The translations under genes were made by a program, and so were the position numbers. The notes beneath the pieces are model-generated. The model was not told where the DNA came from. It made no database searches and saw only the letters and a program-made list of their open reading frames with translations. A stretch of 64,000 nt of DNA from a candidate division FCPU426 bacterium (lineage in GTDB: Bacteria; Oederibacteriota; JAAXVQ01; JAUVAV01): positions 1,452,399 through 1,516,398 of the forward strand of contig JBFLYH010000001.1 in assembly GCA_040756875.1 (NCBI GenBank), in the 5' to 3' direction. Positions 18,337 through 27,894 of the stretch are shown here, piece after piece; the first letter of the stretch is position 1; each line of letters starts with the position of its first letter.

Positions 18337-19056
18337 TCATTGCCGCCTCCGGACCGAAAGTCCGGACGTGGTGACGAAAATATCGTAGCGTTCCCCCGCG
18401 CGCGCAGGGCGGGACACGGCGTTCCCGTAGATCGCTTCCACGCCCGGGACCTTCTCGCCCATAAACACGACCAGGGAAAACAGCCAATCCTGCCCGCCCT
18501 GGAGGGCATAGGCCCGGTGGGGGCGCTCGCTTTCGGCCTGGGCGTCCTGGTACGCGCCCTTGATCTGCCAGAGATGATACCCCGTGTGCATGCCCAGGAG
18601 ATTGAGTCCGGGGTCCCATTTCAGCACATGGGCGCTGACTTCCCACTGGTCGCCGTAAAGGCTGTAGGTCTGGGTCCGCCCCGGATGTCCGTGCCTGATC
18701 TCGGTGAAGCTCAACACCATGAACCGTTCCTGGGGATCCCAATTCAGGCATTCCACCACGCCGATGTGGTCCGCGCGGTTGAAGCTGATGTAGGTCCGCA
18801 GGACCATGCCCAGCAGCAGCACGGCCAGCGAGGCCAGCACGAACAGCGCAGCCACCAGCAGCGAAATCAGGCGCGAGCCTACGTTGAGGCGGGGCCTGAG
18901 CGCGGTCGGGGGTTTGCGCCCGAACCAGGCGCGCAGCGTGTTGCCGAGCATCCGCACGAAAACGACCAGGCTCAGGCCCAGCAGCACGCCGCCAAACACC
19001 AGCAGCCCTTTGCCTTGGGTCAGCCAGGGTTCCAAAAACGCCCAGGACATGGTCAA
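18337..19056 (-). CDS. Hypothetical membrane protein
   Basis: Two N-terminal TM helices plus soluble domain (GDQWEV, YGNAV); overlaps hisS stop by 4 bp. Confidence 0.75.
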   Translation of the reverse strand: MTMSWAFLEPWLTQGKGLLVFGGVLLGLSLVVFVRMLGNTLRAWFGRKPPTALRPRLNVGSRLISLLVAALFVLASLAVLLLGMVLRTYISFNRADHIGVVECLNWDPQERFMVLSFTEIRHGHPGRTQTYSLYGDQWEVSAHVLKWDPGLNLLGMHTGYHLWQIKGAYQDAQAESERPHRAYALQGGQDWLFSLVVFMGEKVPGVEAIYGNAVSRPARAGERYDIFVTTSGLSVRRRQ

Positions 19057-20369
19057 GCCCCGCTTTCCGAACGCAACCGCCCGGCCAACTCGTCCCAGCG
19101 GCTGGCGAACTGGACTCCGGTCCGCATGTCGCGGACCTGCAATTCATCCGGATGCTCCGCCGCGAACAGCGCGAACCGGACCTTCAGGCGGTCCGCCCGT
19201 TTCATCAAGGCTTTGGGGCTTTTGCCCTCCAGGTCCAGCCCCACGCTCAGGCCCTGGCGGCGCAAAGCCGCCACGCGCAGAAAGGCGCGCCGGGGGTCAG
19301 GCCCCGGGTCCACGACATAGGCCAGCAGGGGAGCCGGCTGGTCTGCGGCTTGGTCCCACAATTCCAGCAGCCGCTCCACACCCAGGGACCAGCCGACCGC
19401 AGGAGTCGGCGGGCCTTCCAGTTCGGCCACCAGGCCGTCGTAGCGGCCGCCTGCGGCCACGGCGTTCTGCGCGCCCAGCTCAGTGGACGTGAATTCAAAC
19501 ACCGTGCGGGTGTAGTAGTCCAGGCCCCGCATCAGGCGCGGAGAGACGCGGGCCCGGACTTCGGCGCCGGCTAGCAGGTCCAGCACCTGTTCCTGATGGC
19601 CGCGGCACACCGGGCACAGAGCGTCCTGGATGCTCGGCGCCTGGGCCAGCAGGGTCCGGCAGCCCGGCTGCTTGCAGTCGAACAGGCGCAGGGGATTGTT
19701 TTCGAGGCGGCCGTGGCAGTCCGCGCACAAGCGGCCGGCCTGGGGCTTGGCCCAGTCCACCAGTCCCCGCAGATAGCCGGGGCGGCAGTCCGGGCACCCG
19801 ACCGAATTGATTTCCAGGACCACTTCGGTCTTCAAGCCGGCCAGGGCTCCGTACGCGCGCAGGATCTCGTGCAGCAGCAGGATGGCTTCGGCGTCCGCCG
19901 CAGGCAGCGCCGAGCCGAAGAGTTCCACGCCGATCTGGGTGAACTGCCGCAGCCGTCCGCGTTGGGGCTTTTCGTAGCGGAACATCGGGCCCGCGTAGAA
20001 ATAGCGCTGCACCCCGGGAACGGACTTCGCGATCTCGTGTTCCACGTAGGCCCGCGCCACGGAAGCAGTCGCTTCAGGGCGCAGCACCCAGCGCCGTCCG
20101 GCGTCGCCCGCCGCTTTATCCGCCGCGTCATTGTCTTCCGCTTCTTTGGCAGGAACGTAAAACATCTCTTTGTTGACGATGTCCGTGCCCTGGCCGATGC
20201 CCCGCTCGAACAGCACGGTCGGCTCGACCAGGGGGGTGCGGATTTCGCCGAACCCGAAGCGTTCGCACCACTCCCGGGCCAGCTGCTCGAGGGCCTGGTA
20301 TTTCCAGGTTTCCTCCGGGAAAACGTCGCGCATGCCCTTGACGCCGCGATAAAGATAGTTTTCGCGCAT
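19053..20369 (-). CDS. hisS: Histidyl-tRNA synthetase
   Basis: LRPEATA, FRYEKPQRGRLRQF, RGLDYY, GGRYDGL, GVERL. Confidence 0.97.
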   Translation of the reverse strand: MRENYLYRGVKGMRDVFPEETWKYQALEQLAREWCERFGFGEIRTPLVEPTVLFERGIGQGTDIVNKEMFYVPAKEAEDNDAADKAAGDAGRRWVLRPEATASVARAYVEHEIAKSVPGVQRYFYAGPMFRYEKPQRGRLRQFTQIGVELFGSALPAADAEAILLLHEILRAYGALAGLKTEVVLEINSVGCPDCRPGYLRGLVDWAKPQAGRLCADCHGRLENNPLRLFDCKQPGCRTLLAQAPSIQDALCPVCRGHQEQVLDLLAGAEVRARVSPRLMRGLDYYTRTVFEFTSTELGAQNAVAAGGRYDGLVAELEGPPTPAVGWSLGVERLLELWDQAADQPAPLLAYVVDPGPDPRRAFLRVAALRRQGLSVGLDLEGKSPKALMKRADRLKVRFALFAAEHPDELQVRDMRTGVQFASRWDELAGRLRSESGA

Positions 20370-20383
20370 GAGTTTTCCTTCCG

Positions 20384-22654
20384 TTATTTGACCGGCTTCA
20401 GCGTTCGTTGTTCGAATTTCAAGAAAGCGGCCTCGCGTTTTATTTCCCCGGCCGGCTCGACCGCGGCCTTGCCGGTCACGCCCTGGAAATTCTTCACGCC
20501 GGTCAGCTGTTTCTGAAAATCCTGCCGCTGCGGCTGGCTGGACCGGATGCCAGCCAGGGTTTCGGCCACCAGCTGCAAGGCATCGTACGCCTGCACCGCC
20601 AGGCTGGTGGGCCGGGCCGAATAGGCGCCCTCGAAATCCTTCACGAAGTCCTGGTTGCGGGCCGACGGGTCGTTGATCCAATAGCCGGTGGCCATCACCG
20701 CGCCCTCGAGTTCAGGCCCGGCCTGGCGCAGCAATTCGGGCGCCAGCCAGGCGTCGCATCCGAACAACTGAGGCTTAAGATCGTAAAAAGCCAGCTGGGA
20801 GATGATCAGCACGGCGTCCCGCGCCGGAACCGGCAGGTACAAGGCCTCCAGGTCCTTGAGGTTCTTTTCCGGAGGAATGCTTTTCGTAAAGGTATAGGAT
20901 CCCTTGCGCAATACCTCGCCGGAAGCGGCGCGCAGAAGCTTGATTTCGACCTGGTATTCGATCAGGGTCGGCTCGCCGGGGGCCGGCAGGCCCTTGTCCC
21001 CGGCCTGGGTCACCTGGCCCAAAACCACGTAGCCCACGCCCAGCGCTTCGCCGATGGCCGGGGTTTCCCCGGCCGAAACCGTCAGGCTCGACATCCCCAG
21101 CTTGCGCAGCCCGCGGAACGTTTCCGCCTGGGTCAGCACCTTCAGGCCGGTCTTGGCCGCCAGGGCATAGGACAGCTTTTCGGTCACGAGCTTCCCCACT
21201 TCCTCCTTTTGGGCCATTTCGCCCTCTTCCGCGAAACGCACGATGGCCACCCGGCGGACGGGGATGGGCACCGGAGTGGCCGTGGGGGTCACCTGGGCTT
21301 CCGGCACCAGCAGCTGATGAAATTGCACGGCCGACGTTTCCGCGATCTGTTCCAGCCGCTTGCGCTCCTGCACCTGCAGGTCCTTCATCAGGCCCGGGTC
21401 CACGCCCCCCAACGCCAGCAACTGGGTCTTGAAGTCCGTGGTCCCGGGCGCGTATTCCACCCGTGCAATCACCTCGGCCCCCAGCTTCTTGGCCTTGGCT
21501 TCGAAGGCTTCGGCCAGGGAGCGGTCATACGCCGCCTCGCCGTTCACGATGCCGATCCGCTGGAGGTTGCGGCGCAGGACCACGTATTCGGCCATAGCCT
21601 CTCCCTGCTGCTGGTTGGTGAGCATGTAGCGGAAGAAGTACGGCGAGGCGTCGGTCAGGTCCGGATCGCCGGCCGAGGGCGTAATCAGGGTCACGCGCTG
21701 CCGCCCCAACTGGGGCAGGAGGACCCTGGCCTCGCTCGAAAGCGCCGGACCGATGATGACCATGACTTTTTCCCGGTCCACCAGGTCAGCGAACGCCTGC
21801 TGGGCGCTGGTGCTGTTGCCCGCGGTGTCCGCAGCCACCAGGCTGAGCTGCTCGCCCGGCGCGCGTTTCAGGTTCACCTGCCGCAGGGCCAGCTCCAGCC
21901 CCTGGCGGATGGTCTGTCCAAACGGCGCATACAAGCCCGAGAGCGGCAGCAAGGCGCCGATGCGGAAGCGGTTGACCGGAACCAGTTCCTGGGCCTTGGC
22001 CTTGAGGTCGAAGGCCAGGGCGGCGAACTCGCTCTTGGGATACTGGCTGAGAAACTGTTCGAACAGCTTCACGGCGGCGTCGGGATTGCCCTGGTCCAGC
22101 GTGCGCTTGCCTGTTACGAACAAGGCCTGTTCCTCCCAGGGCGTGCCCGGGTAGCTGGCCCGCACGCGGGCCAAGTCCGCCAGGTCCAGCTCGTCGTTGA
22201 TGATCTGGCGGATCAGGGCTTGGGCCGTAGAAAACGCCAGCGACGTGGCGGGATACGCTTTCAGCAGGCGCTCCAGCGCCGCCAGGGCGGGCAGAGGCCT
22301 TTTATCTTTCACCTCGGCACGGGCTGCCATGACCGAAGCCGGAGCGGCCCACTCGGAGTTGGGGTATTTGGTGGCCAGGGATTGGAACTGGCGCTCCGCG
22401 GCCTGCCATTGGGAGCGGTTGAAGGTCTCCTGCGCGATCCAAAAACGGGAGCCCACGCTTTCCGGATCGTGCGGCCGGCTGGCCACGTCGGCCCGAAACT
22501 GCTCCAGTTCCTCGCTGGAAACCGGAATATACGGATAGCGCAGGGCCGAGGCCGGGCTTTTTTCCAGGTAGCGAGGGGCGCAGCCGCCCATGACCATTCC
22601 CAGCAGCACTCCCAGCGCAACCGCCGCCAGGCGGCGCGGACGATACCCCATCAC
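20384..22654 (-). CDS. LpoA/LppC-like lipoprotein (TPR + type I periplasmic-binding fold) with inserted CsgG/LpoB-like domain
   Basis: MGG-C lipobox; TPRs; IGALLPLSG, IIGP, AYDA, FQGVTG; insert RRVAIVRF...GEALGVGYVVLG. Confidence 0.75.
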   Translation of the reverse strand: MMGYRPRRLAAVALGVLLGMVMGGCAPRYLEKSPASALRYPYIPVSSEELEQFRADVASRPHDPESVGSRFWIAQETFNRSQWQAAERQFQSLATKYPNSEWAAPASVMAARAEVKDKRPLPALAALERLLKAYPATSLAFSTAQALIRQIINDELDLADLARVRASYPGTPWEEQALFVTGKRTLDQGNPDAAVKLFEQFLSQYPKSEFAALAFDLKAKAQELVPVNRFRIGALLPLSGLYAPFGQTIRQGLELALRQVNLKRAPGEQLSLVAADTAGNSTSAQQAFADLVDREKVMVIIGPALSSEARVLLPQLGRQRVTLITPSAGDPDLTDASPYFFRYMLTNQQQGEAMAEYVVLRRNLQRIGIVNGEAAYDRSLAEAFEAKAKKLGAEVIARVEYAPGTTDFKTQLLALGGVDPGLMKDLQVQERKRLEQIAETSAVQFHQLLVPEAQVTPTATPVPIPVRRVAIVRFAEEGEMAQKEEVGKLVTEKLSYALAAKTGLKVLTQAETFRGLRKLGMSSLTVSAGETPAIGEALGVGYVVLGQVTQAGDKGLPAPGEPTLIEYQVEIKLLRAASGEVLRKGSYTFTKSIPPEKNLKDLEALYLPVPARDAVLIISQLAFYDLKPQLFGCDAWLAPELLRQAGPELEGAVMATGYWINDPSARNQDFVKDFEGAYSARPTSLAVQAYDALQLVAETLAGIRSSQPQRQDFQKQLTGVKNFQGVTGKAAVEPAGEIKREAAFLKFEQRTLKPVK

Positions 22655-23583
22655 GGCTCGCTTTCCGTCAGGTATTTTTTCTCGAGCATGATTTCCACCC
22701 GGCGGTTCAACTGCCGGCCGGCCGCGGTGTCATTGGTGGCCACGGGCTGCGACGACCCCATGCCCACGGACGTGAGGCTGTCCAGGGGCACGCCTTTTTG
22801 GTTGAGGTACGTCAGCACGCTCTCGGCCCGGGCTTGGGACAGGGTGTTGTTGAGCAGCACCTCGCCCGTGCTGTCCGTGTGCCCTTCCACGCGGATGCGG
22901 TAGGAGGGATATTCGGCCAGGATCTGGGCCACCTGGTCCAGCGCGGACATGGCGCCGGGCTGGAGCTGCGAACTGCCGCTGTTGAACAGCACGCGGCCGG
23001 ACAGACTGATCACCAGCACCGAGCCCCGCAGCGCGACCTTGGCGTCGCGGATTTTCTGGGCCTTGCGGAGCAGTTCCTCCAGTTCCTTGCGGCGGGCTGC
23101 CTCTGCCGCGGCTATTTTCTGCGCCTCCACCGCCGCCTGCTCGGCTTCCTTACGCTGTATCTCGCTCTGTTGAAGTATTTCCTTGGCTCGCTGGAGTTCA
23201 TTGGCCTGCTGGGCCAGGACCAGCAAGGCCTGCTGTTTGTCTGTCAGGGATTTCTGGGCTGCTTCATACTCCTGGGCCATTTGGCGGGTCAGGCTGCGGG
23301 CTTCGGCGATCCGGGCCTGGGACTGGGCCTGAAAAGCCAGGTCCTCGACCGTGGCAATGGCTTGCTCCGCCGAGAGCGAAGACTCGGTCAAATCCAGCAG
23401 GCGCTTGGCTTCGCGGTATTCCTCCGGGACCAAAAGATCCGCCTTGGCTTTGCGGGCCAGTTCCAGGGCCGCGCGGGCGTCGATCACGGTCTGGGGAACC
23501 ACGGTGGGCACGGTCGCGCACCCGGCCAGCCATGGGCCGGCAAGCGCGGCCACAGCCAGCCCGATCCGAATCAGGCGCCTCAT
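22651..23583 (-). CDS. OmpA-family lipoprotein with DUF4398-like N-terminus
   Basis: LAG-C; coiled coil; VEGHTD, LSQARAESV, NRRVEI. Confidence 0.9.
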   Translation of the reverse strand: MRRLIRIGLAVAALAGPWLAGCATVPTVVPQTVIDARAALELARKAKADLLVPEEYREAKRLLDLTESSLSAEQAIATVEDLAFQAQSQARIAEARSLTRQMAQEYEAAQKSLTDKQQALLVLAQQANELQRAKEILQQSEIQRKEAEQAAVEAQKIAAAEAARRKELEELLRKAQKIRDAKVALRGSVLVISLSGRVLFNSGSSQLQPGAMSALDQVAQILAEYPSYRIRVEGHTDSTGEVLLNNTLSQARAESVLTYLNQKGVPLDSLTSVGMGSSQPVATNDTAAGRQLNRRVEIMLEKKYLTESEP

Positions 23584-24038
23584 GGCTTCACCTCCCCGGC
23601 CGCGGGCGCGGCCTGGGCGGGCGGCGTGCTCCCGGCGGATTGGGGCAGGATCGCGGCCGGCTGCGAATACGCCGCGATCTGGGATTCTACGGCCGCCACC
23701 TGCTCTTTTACAGCGTTGAGCTTGGCTTCAGCCGCTTTTTGCTCGGTCTTGGCCTGGGCCACGCGGGCATAGATGGTGGCTTTCTTGGCGAATTGGAAGG
23801 TACGCTCGAAATCTTTATTGGCATAGGCGTCCAGGGCAATGGCCTTGGCATCCTGGGCCTGCCTGAGGTCCTCAGCAGCATAGGTTGCGGCGCCCGCTTG
23901 TTCCGCGGTTTCGACCGCCACCCGGGCGTTGGTCAGCTGTTCCACGGTCGAACGGGTGTCCACGCTTCCACAACCGGCGACCCAACCGGCCAGGACCATC
24001 GCCCCGCCGGCTGCCATCCACGACTTTTTCCGAAGCAT
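23580..24038 (-). CDS. DUF4398-like lipoprotein
   Basis: VAG-C; AEQAGAATYAAEDL helical motif; typical partner upstream of OmpA genes. Confidence 0.75.
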   Translation of the reverse strand: MLRKKSWMAAGGAMVLAGWVAGCGSVDTRSTVEQLTNARVAVETAEQAGAATYAAEDLRQAQDAKAIALDAYANKDFERTFQFAKKATIYARVAQAKTEQKAAEAKLNAVKEQVAAVESQIAAYSQPAAILPQSAGSTPPAQAAPAAGEVKP

Positions 24039-24170
24039 TATTCGCCTCCCGAGTCAGATTCACAGCAACCGAATGCCTCATGCAAACTGGGGTATTTTAG
24101 TATAAAAGCCGCCTGGGCAAAAGGCAAAAAAGCGGCCTGCCCCGGTTGCGGGGCGAAAAAGGGCAAAAAA

Positions 24171-24206
24171 AAGGTGGAAGCCCGCGCTGTGGCGGACTTC
24201 CACCTT
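24171..24206 (-). terminator. Rho-independent terminator
   Basis: aaggtggaag...cttccacctt stem followed by a T8 tract on the minus strand. Confidence 0.75.
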
Positions 24207-24225
24207 GACCACATCCAAATGTTGA

Positions 24226-24435
24226 TTACTCGGCAGCCGGAGCGGCCTCTTCCGTCGTCGGAGCAGCTTCACCAGCCGGAGCAGCTTCCTCACCCGTGGG
24301 CATACCCTCTTCAGCGGCAGGAGCTTCCATCGCGGGAGCTTGCTCAGTGGCTTCCTGTTTCGGAGCGCACCCCGCAACCATGAGGAGCGAACCTCCCATC
24401 ACCACCATCAAAAGCATCGCCAGCAATTTTTTCAT
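24226..24435 (-). CDS. Small acidic Ala/Pro/Glu-rich lipoprotein
   Basis: MKK...VAG-C; strong SD AGGAGGTG; followed by a terminator. Confidence 0.75.
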   Translation of the reverse strand: MKKLLAMLLMVVMGGSLLMVAGCAPKQEATEQAPAMEAPAAEEGMPTGEEAAPAGEAAPTTEEAAPAAE

Positions 24436-24579
24436 TGATTTGTCACCTCCTTCCCGCTCGAAGTGGCCTAACCTTGAAAAATTGGAGAAAGTCTAACGCC
24501 CTACCCCTGGTTTGTCAATATCTGTTTTGGGGTTTTTTACACCCCTTCACTCGAGCACCGCAATTTGCTGAGGAGAGCT

Positions 24580-25770
24580 TCACTTACCGGCCCGGGCTAC
24601 AATGCGCGCCGTCTCCCGGGCGATCATATAATCCTCGCGGGTCGGAATGACCAACACCTTCACTTTTGACGAAGGGGCGTGAATATGGCCTTCCCGGCTG
24701 ATTAAAGCCCGGTTTTTCGCCGCCTGCAGGCGGACGCCCAAGCCTGCCAGGCCCTGGCAAATGGCCTGCCGCAGGGGCGGGCTCTTCTCGCCGATGCCGG
24801 CCGTAAAGACCAGCGCATCTACCCGGCCCAGCACCGCGGCAAACGCCCCCACATACTTCTGGATGCTGTAGGCGAACACCTCCAGCGCCAGTTTGGCCCG
24901 CGCATTCCCCTTGCCGGCCTGGGCCAATACTTCCCGCAGGTCGTTGGAAACGCCCGACAACCCGAGAATGCCGCTCTGTTTGTTCAACAAATTGTCCACC
25001 TGGGCGGGCGTCAGCCCTTCCCGTTCCATAATATATGGAATGATCGCCGGGTCGATATCCCCGCAGCGGCTGCCCATCACCACCCCGGCCAGCGGAGTCA
25101 GCCCCATGCTGGTATCCACGCAGCGGCCACCACGAACCGCGGCCAGGGAAGACCCGTTGCCCAAGTGCAAGGTGATGAGATTCAAGCTGGCCGGCGGCTT
25201 CCGCAGGACCTGGGCGGCGCGCTGGGCCAGGTACTTGTGGGAGGTGCCGTGGAACCCGTACTTGCGGATCTGCAAGTCCGTAACATAGCGATACGGCAGG
25301 GCGTACGTGTAGGCCTTGGCCGGCATGGTCTGATGGAAGGCGGTGTCGAAGACGGCAACCTGGGGCGTGTGGGGCATCATTTTCAGGCAGGCTTCCATGC
25401 CCACGTAATTGGCGCGGTGCAGGGGAGCGAGTTCCCGGCCGATCGGGTTTTTCAAGACTTCGCCGTCCACGAGCGCCGCATCGGTGTAGCGGGGGCCGCC
25501 GTGAACCACGCGGTGGCCGACCGCCTCGATGGCCTGTACCGAGGGCACGACGCCGTCCTCCACCAGGCTGTCCCGCATCAGCCCGATGGCCTGTTCGTGG
25601 TTGGCCACTGGCCCTTCCACCGCGGGACGGCTGCGCCGGGCCACCACCCGGGTGAACCGCGACTGCCTTTCGCCGATTTTTTCCACGAGCCCCGAAGCCA
25701 GCTCTTCCTCGCCCTTGAACAAGGTGTACTTCAGCGAGGAACTGCCGGTATTAATCACCAATATCAGCAT
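24580..25770 (-). CDS. ackA: Acetate kinase
   Basis: NTGSSSLKY, GHRVVHGG, VFDTAFH, YGFHGTSH, DTSMG, FTAGIGE. Confidence 0.96.
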   Translation of the reverse strand: MLILVINTGSSSLKYTLFKGEEELASGLVEKIGERQSRFTRVVARRSRPAVEGPVANHEQAIGLMRDSLVEDGVVPSVQAIEAVGHRVVHGGPRYTDAALVDGEVLKNPIGRELAPLHRANYVGMEACLKMMPHTPQVAVFDTAFHQTMPAKAYTYALPYRYVTDLQIRKYGFHGTSHKYLAQRAAQVLRKPPASLNLITLHLGNGSSLAAVRGGRCVDTSMGLTPLAGVVMGSRCGDIDPAIIPYIMEREGLTPAQVDNLLNKQSGILGLSGVSNDLREVLAQAGKGNARAKLALEVFAYSIQKYVGAFAAVLGRVDALVFTAGIGEKSPPLRQAICQGLAGLGVRLQAAKNRALISREGHIHAPSSKVKVLVIPTREDYMIARETARIVARAGK

Positions 25771-25897
25771 GCGTGCTGCCTCCGGGAAACGGCGGAAATG
25801 GAGTTCTACAGCCCACTAATCAACCTTGCGTTGATCCCCGAAGCAGAACGCTTCACATCCCTTTCGCTGCGGAGGGGATTGATAGGAACAACGGCGG

Positions 25898-27013
25898 TCA
25901 GAAATAGAGAATGGCGCGAAGCAGGATCAGGAAACCCTTGCCTTCGTTTTCCGACAATTTCAAATTCTTCTTCGCCTGGGAATAATTGGGATTGATCGCC
26001 AGAGCGCGTTTGAACTCGTTGATGGCCCGGTTGAAGAGGAACCGGCATTGGATCAGGTAAGCCACGCCCAGGTCGTTGTGGATATCCACGTACTGGGGAT
26101 GTTTTTCCAGAATGTCCTCAAGCTTGGCGATGTAATGCTCCGTGGATTTCCGGTCCACGCCCTCTTCGCCGTATTTCAAGCGCAGGTAAAACTCGTGGTA
26201 AACCTCGCTGCCGGCGTCGGACATGACCGCGGATTTGCTTTCCAACATGGCCTGGCGGGCTTCCGCGTATTGATCCTTGGCCAGGTAATTCTGGGCCACC
26301 TTGAAATACTCGTTGTTGAACATCAGGTTGTGCTGCGCCGCTTCAGCCAGGTGGGCGTTGATCTGGTCGCGGGCTTCCGGCGCCAGGCCGCTGTCAGTGA
26401 CGGCCTTCGAAACCAGGCACAGGCTCAGGTTGAAGTGGGCCTCGGCATAGCGGCCGTTCAGGCTGAGTGCCTGTTCGAATTCCTGCAAAGCCTGGTCGTA
26501 ACGTTCGGCCTTGAGCAACGCCAGGCCGTAGTTATTGTGCACGTCAGGATAGTTGGGTTTCAGGGAAACCGTGCGTTCAAACACTTTCAGGGCGTCAGCC
26601 GTTTTGTCCTCCAGCAGCAGCGCCAGGCCCAGATGGTTGAGGATCGGAGCGTTGTTGGGATCCAAGGCCAGCGCACGCTTGAATTCCCCGATGGTTTCCT
26701 TGGCCAGCCCGCTGCTGAGAAAGACCAGGCCCAGCTTGTAGTTGGAATCCACGTCCGGCTTGGATTCCAGCTTGGCCGAAATTTTCATGAGTTCCTGGAG
26801 GCTGACCACGCGTTCCTCGTGGTGCCGTTTGACCAGCTCCATCAGTTTCTCGTCCGTCAGCTCGGGGTTGTAGTCGATTTCCCGGGTGCTGATCACGCGG
26901 TCACGGTCGTTGAGGTTGATCACGATGCGGTGGATGGAATCGAAATTCATGGTGCGCACCGTGTAATCGTATTGTTTGCTGTGGATGGTGGTATTGAAGC
27001 TGAAGCCGCTCAC
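25898..27013 (-). CDS. Cytoplasmic TPR protein, third gene of the partner-switching operon
   Basis: TPRs (PNYPDVHNNYG, YAEAHFNL, YVDIHNDLG); GTG start 20 bp after the STAS stop. Confidence 0.8.
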   Translation of the reverse strand: MSGFSFNTTIHSKQYDYTVRTMNFDSIHRIVINLNDRDRVISTREIDYNPELTDEKLMELVKRHHEERVVSLQELMKISAKLESKPDVDSNYKLGLVFLSSGLAKETIGEFKRALALDPNNAPILNHLGLALLLEDKTADALKVFERTVSLKPNYPDVHNNYGLALLKAERYDQALQEFEQALSLNGRYAEAHFNLSLCLVSKAVTDSGLAPEARDQINAHLAEAAQHNLMFNNEYFKVAQNYLAKDQYAEARQAMLESKSAVMSDAGSEVYHEFYLRLKYGEEGVDRKSTEHYIAKLEDILEKHPQYVDIHNDLGVAYLIQCRFLFNRAINEFKRALAINPNYSQAKKNLKLSENEGKGFLILLRAILYF

Positions 27014-27032
27014 GTGCAGGCCCCTTTTCTTT

Positions 27033-27848
27033 CTATCGTCCGCGGGCGTATTTGAAACGCGCCGCTTTGGTGGCCAGATCATTGTAACGCAGCTCGGTAC
27101 GCACCTCTCCCCAGCCGACTTTGGGCTGGTTGCCGCGTCTCTGGTTCAGTTCACTCTTGATTTTCCAGGCCCCCCAATCCGGATGAGCCTTCACGACGGA
27201 ACGGATGCGGTCGATCAGCGGAATTAAACCGGCGGGATTGACCGGAACTCCCGCAGACGCAACTGCTGCGGCCGGAGCAGGGGCAGGAGCAGGAGCAGGC
27301 GCGGCTGCAGGAGCAGGCGCCGGAACAGGCCTGGCTGCGGCCTGAACCGGGGCCGGAGCTGGGCGAGAGGCTGCAGGTGCGGGTGCCGGCCGGGATGCGG
27401 GAACCGCGGGTTCGATCTTGACCGGCGCGGGTTTGGGCGCAGCCGGCCGGGCGGCCGCAGGGGCCGGCCGGGCAGCCGCGGCTGCAGGCGCGCTATCGCC
27501 GAAACTGCGCACCGCATCGTCCACGGAGGCGGTGGCCGTCAAAATAGTCGCGAATTCCAGGAGTTCATACACTTCGTTGACCGTTTCGGACATGCAGGCC
27601 AGCTTCAGGTCGCCGCGGTGCGTGCGTATGTTCTTGATCTCGGAAATGAAAATTCCCCATCCGGCCGAGCTGATGTATTCAACGTTTTTCAGGTCGATGA
27701 CGATCTTATACCGCTGCTCGCGCAACAGACCCTGAATGACCCGTTCCAGCTCGCTGGAAGTGGTGGTGTCAATATAGCCCGCGATCTTGACGACGCCGAC
27801 TTCCTGGTTTATGCCGCTATTTTCAACGGAAATCTGGATGCCTTCCAT
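27033..27848 (-). CDS. STAS anti-anti-sigma protein with Ala/Pro linker and C-terminal IS481-like HTH
   Basis: GYIDTTT, DLKNVEYISSAG phospho-Ser motif; C-terminus HPDWGAWKIKSEL...LATKAARFKY. Confidence 0.85.
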   Translation of the reverse strand: MEGIQISVENSGINQEVGVVKIAGYIDTTTSSELERVIQGLLREQRYKIVIDLKNVEYISSAGWGIFISEIKNIRTHRGDLKLACMSETVNEVYELLEFATILTATASVDDAVRSFGDSAPAAAAARPAPAAARPAAPKPAPVKIEPAVPASRPAPAPAASRPAPAPVQAAARPVPAPAPAAAPAPAPAPAPAAAVASAGVPVNPAGLIPLIDRIRSVVKAHPDWGAWKIKSELNQRRGNQPKVGWGEVRTELRYNDLATKAARFKYARGR

Positions 27849-27894
27849 TGCCCCTCCTGTCGAAGCGGTCCGATAGTATCACAGCCAAACTTGG

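Noticed and set aside
16558-22903. Long plus-strand ORFs (16558..18291, 20408..22903; likewise 59002..61083)
   Set aside because: Antisense shadows of well-supported GC-rich genes, with no motifs of their own
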